Below, one piece after another: positions 61,200 through 64,000 of a stretch of 64,000 nt of DNA. Both the position numbers and the translations under genes were made by a program. Position 1 is the first letter of the stretch; each line of letters begins with the position of its first letter. The notes beneath the pieces are model-generated. The model had not been told where the DNA came from. It saw nothing but the letters and a program-made list of their open reading frames with translations, and did no database searches. The stretch spans positions 34,025-98,024 of the forward strand of contig JAAXWR010000002.1 in assembly GCA_013334825.1 (NCBI GenBank), written 5' to 3'. Source of the stretch: Candidatus Yonathbacteria bacterium (lineage in GTDB: Bacteria; Patescibacteriota; Minisyncoccia; Phycocordibacterales; JACNGX01).

Positions 61200-62213
61200 A
61201 TGCATAGTGTTCGTACACTCCTCTTATTTGGCATGTTAGGGGCTATTCCTGCTCTTCTTCTCGCTCGTCCTGAGTTGGTCGTGTCTCCTATCCAACGCAT
61301 GAAAATAGAGAAGAAACCCTCGCAAGTAACCCTTGTCGCGGTGGGAGATGTAATGTTGTCGCGTGCCGTTGCTGAACGTATGCGCGCACATGGTGTTGAC
61401 TATCCTTTTTCTGAAACGAGAGACAGTATTATTGAAGCAGACATTGCATTTGCAAATCTTGAGACCCCTCTTGTCACAGGAAGAACGATTGCGTACGGTG
61501 AAATGACATTTCGTGCGGACCCCGAGTCTGCGGGCGCGCTCGCGCGCGCCGGTTTTGACATTGTGTCTCTTGCTAACAATCATACGACTAACTTTGGTCC
61601 TGAAGGACTTCTGGCAACATTTCGTTACCTTTCAGATGTAGGTGTGTTCTTTATAGGAGCAGGAAAGAGTAGAGATGAAGCGTACGCGCCTGTACTCATT
61701 GAAAGGAATGGTACGACATTTGCATTTCTCGCGTATACATACGCTCCCGATACATACGGGTTGGGAAGTTCTCCAGATCTTCCTGGTCTCGCAGGACTTG
61801 ATACAGAACGCATGATACAAGCAGTTCGTACGGCAAAAGAGTCAGCAGATGTCGTCGTGGTATCTATGCATGCGGGAGATGAGTATGCGACGGAACCGAG
61901 TGACGTGCAAAAGGAATTTGCACATGCAGCAATTGACGCAGGTGCATCGCTTGTTATTGGGCATCATCCTCATGTTCTTCAACCATCCGAGCGGTATCAT
62001 GATGGTCTTATTTTGTATAGTCTTGGTAATTTTATTTTTGATCAAATTACTCCCGAAACGCAACAGTCGGTTATTGCGCGTGTCACATTCACTGACGGAG
62101 TGATAACGGAGACTTCATTTCTTCCTGTTATTATTGAAGATCTTTCCCGTCCGCGTATCCTTGAGGGAGAAGAAGGGGAGACAATAGTAAAAAGAATTGG
62201 AAATAGGGATTAG
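61200..62213 (+). CDS. CapA family metallophosphoesterase (poly-gamma-glutamate synthesis protein-like)
   Basis: VGDVML, ANLE, LANNH, MH.G.E, GHHPH, YSLGNF. Confidence 0.9.
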   Translation: MHSVRTLLLFGMLGAIPALLLARPELVVSPIQRMKIEKKPSQVTLVAVGDVMLSRAVAERMRAHGVDYPFSETRDSIIEADIAFANLETPLVTGRTIAYGEMTFRADPESAGALARAGFDIVSLANNHTTNFGPEGLLATFRYLSDVGVFFIGAGKSRDEAYAPVLIERNGTTFAFLAYTYAPDTYGLGSSPDLPGLAGLDTERMIQAVRTAKESADVVVVSMHAGDEYATEPSDVQKEFAHAAIDAGASLVIGHHPHVLQPSERYHDGLILYSLGNFIFDQITPETQQSVIARVTFTDGVITETSFLPVIIEDLSRPRILEGEEGETIVKRIGNRD

Positions 62214-62378
62214 GTTAGAGGAGATAGGTTATAGAGACAGACTGGAATCAAGAACACGCATTTGTTATTCGTAAACACGCCCGATTCGTATTTTTCTCGG
62301 CATCATGCACTGCGTATCATGTAGGATACATGAACGGTAGGCTAACAACTGACAGCTAATTCTGTTATACTATCGTTC

Positions 62379-63272
62379 ATGGATGGTATGCCTGCGACAA
62401 AAGAAGAGCGTGAAATGCGTATTGCCGAAATTGATGCTGCCATGATGCAAGCTGATTTTTGGTCGGACAAAGACCGTGCACAGGCGATGATACGAGAGCT
62501 TCAAGCGCTCAAGGATGCGCTCGAAGGACTTTCCAAGTATGACAAACGAGGTGCGGTTATTTCATTTGTTGCTGGCGCAGGAGGAGACGACGCGGAAGAC
62601 TTCGCGCGCATGCTTGTTGATATGTATGTTCGTTTTGCAGAGAATCGTGGTTGGACACTTACCATTCTTCATCGCAACGATAATGACAATGGAGGTATTC
62701 GTAATCTTACGGCAGAAATTGACACTAAGCATGCCTATGGAACATTGAAAAATGAATCAGGTGTTCATCGTCTCGTGCGCATGTCACCATTCAATGCCAA
62801 AGGACTGCGGCATACGTCGTTTGCACTGGTGGAAGTGACACCAAAAGTAGAAAAAGAAGATGCGATTGATATACGCCCCGAAGACCTCTCTATTGAATTT
62901 GCCCGTTCTTCTGGCCCCGGTGGACAGAATGTTAATAAGCGCGAAACCGCTGTTCGTATCGTACATATACCGACCAATATTGCTGTGCATGTTGAAACAG
63001 AGCGGAGTCAAGAACGTAATCGTGACAAGGCAATGGAAGTTCTTGAAGGAAAACTCTTTAAAAAACAAGAAGAAGATAGAAAACGCGAACTCGCGGGTCT
63101 TTCACCTAATAAAACGATGCAAATCGAATGGGGGAATCAAATTCGCTCATATGTGCTTCATCCGTATAAAATGATTAAGGATCATCGTACTGGGGTAGAA
63201 GTGCGCGATACTGATAAAGTGCTTGGTGACGGCGTTCTGGATGAGTTTCTTGACGCCGAGAAAGACTTATAA
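62379..63272 (+). CDS. prfB: Peptide chain release factor 2 (short form)
   Basis: GVHRLVRMSPF, GPGGQNVNK, WG.QIRSYV. Confidence 0.92.
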   Translation: MDGMPATKEEREMRIAEIDAAMMQADFWSDKDRAQAMIRELQALKDALEGLSKYDKRGAVISFVAGAGGDDAEDFARMLVDMYVRFAENRGWTLTILHRNDNDNGGIRNLTAEIDTKHAYGTLKNESGVHRLVRMSPFNAKGLRHTSFALVEVTPKVEKEDAIDIRPEDLSIEFARSSGPGGQNVNKRETAVRIVHIPTNIAVHVETERSQERNRDKAMEVLEGKLFKKQEEDRKRELAGLSPNKTMQIEWGNQIRSYVLHPYKMIKDHRTGVEVRDTDKVLGDGVLDEFLDAEKDL

Positions 63273-63499
63273 CATAAGCCTCTTGCCTGTGCATTTCGTC
63301 CCACGCTCTTTTTGGTGTATACTTATATGAGTAAGATAGTATATTAGTAAGTAGTACGTTAGTATACGAATATGAAAATATATGAGGGTTACGGATGGGA
63401 TGGATTATTTTTTTGTATTCTTTATCTCTTTGCATACTAACCTCCTAATTTCCTATCATACTAACTTCCTAATCTCCTAACATACTAACCTCCTACCTT

Positions 63500-64000
63500 A
63501 TGATTCGCTTCGACAATGTTTCAAAAGAATATCGCGACAATGGTAACAGCATCACGAATGCACTCTATGACATCACGCTTGGAGTGGAGCAGGGCGAATT
63601 TGTTTCTATTGTGGGACATTCTGGTGCGGGTAAGACAACGCTTCTTAAAATGCTCCTTGCTGAAGAATCACCGTCTACGGGTGCGGTGTTTTTTGAGGAA
63701 GTCGATATTCACGGCCTTTCAAACAAAGAGATACCCCAACTTCGTCGCCGTATCGGGACAGTCTTTCAAGATTTCAAATTGCTCCCCAATAAAACAGCAT
63801 ATGAAAATATCGCATTCGCAATGGAAGCCGCGGGTCGTAGTGATGAAGAAATTGCTGCTGATGTGCCACAAGCACTTGAGCTTGTTGATCTCGGAGACAA
63901 GGTGTGGAACTTTCCCCACCAGCTTTCTGGGGGTGAACGTCAGCGCATTGCCATTGCACGTGCCATCATCAACCAACCTGATTTACTTATTGCTGACGAG
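63500..64000 (+). CDS. ftsE: Cell division ATP-binding protein FtsE (runs off window)
   Basis: MIRFDNVSK, GHSGAGKTT, RRRIGTVFQDFKLL, LSGGE.QR; follows prfB. Confidence 0.9.
   Translation, partial: MIRFDNVSKEYRDNGNSITNALYDITLGVEQGEFVSIVGHSGAGKTTLLKMLLAEESPSTGAVFFEEVDIHGLSNKEIPQLRRRIGTVFQDFKLLPNKTAYENIAFAMEAAGRSDEEIAADVPQALELVDLGDKVWNFPHQLSGGERQRIAIARAIINQPDLLIADE

Overview
Core chromosomal region of a small-genome bacterium, most likely Patescibacteria/CPR (Parcubacteria-like). This is inferred from the stand-alone VirD4/TrwB-like ATPase, split transketolase, type IV pilus/competence locus, short RF2 and many -10 boxes sitting just upstream of ATG without a Shine-Dalgarno. Standard genetic code. 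Most genes are on the + strand: map, ndk, beta-CASP nuclease, UDG, ThyX-like, ftsH, secA, glycerate kinase, ppsA, D-2-hydroxyacid dehydrogenase, obgE, gatB, gap-rpiB-rpe-tkt, pilMNO-pilB-pilins-pilD, ligA, gatCA, rpmG, capA, prfB, ftsE. The minus strand carries infC-rpmI-rplT, smpB-ssrA, comF and isolated ORFans. There are five tRNAs and a MazF/PemK pseudogene. The most unusual signals are non-coding: (1) a 28-bp tetranucleotide+hairpin element that inserts without target duplication and nests inside itself; (2) heptamer-tandem inverted arms flanking cargo genes (Avd-like four-helix bundle, HD protein) inside the pentose-phosphate operon; (3) tRNA/tmRNA 3' ends followed by antisense and direct copies of themselves plus a shared palindrome family; (4) a three-gene array separated by ~100-bp direct repeats behind a consensus promoter; (5) two promoter-bounded ncRNA candidates; (6) an identical 18-bp GC palindrome in three coding positions. 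No transposase, integrase or reverse transcriptase gene was seen in the window. All calls are by eye; no database searches were run.
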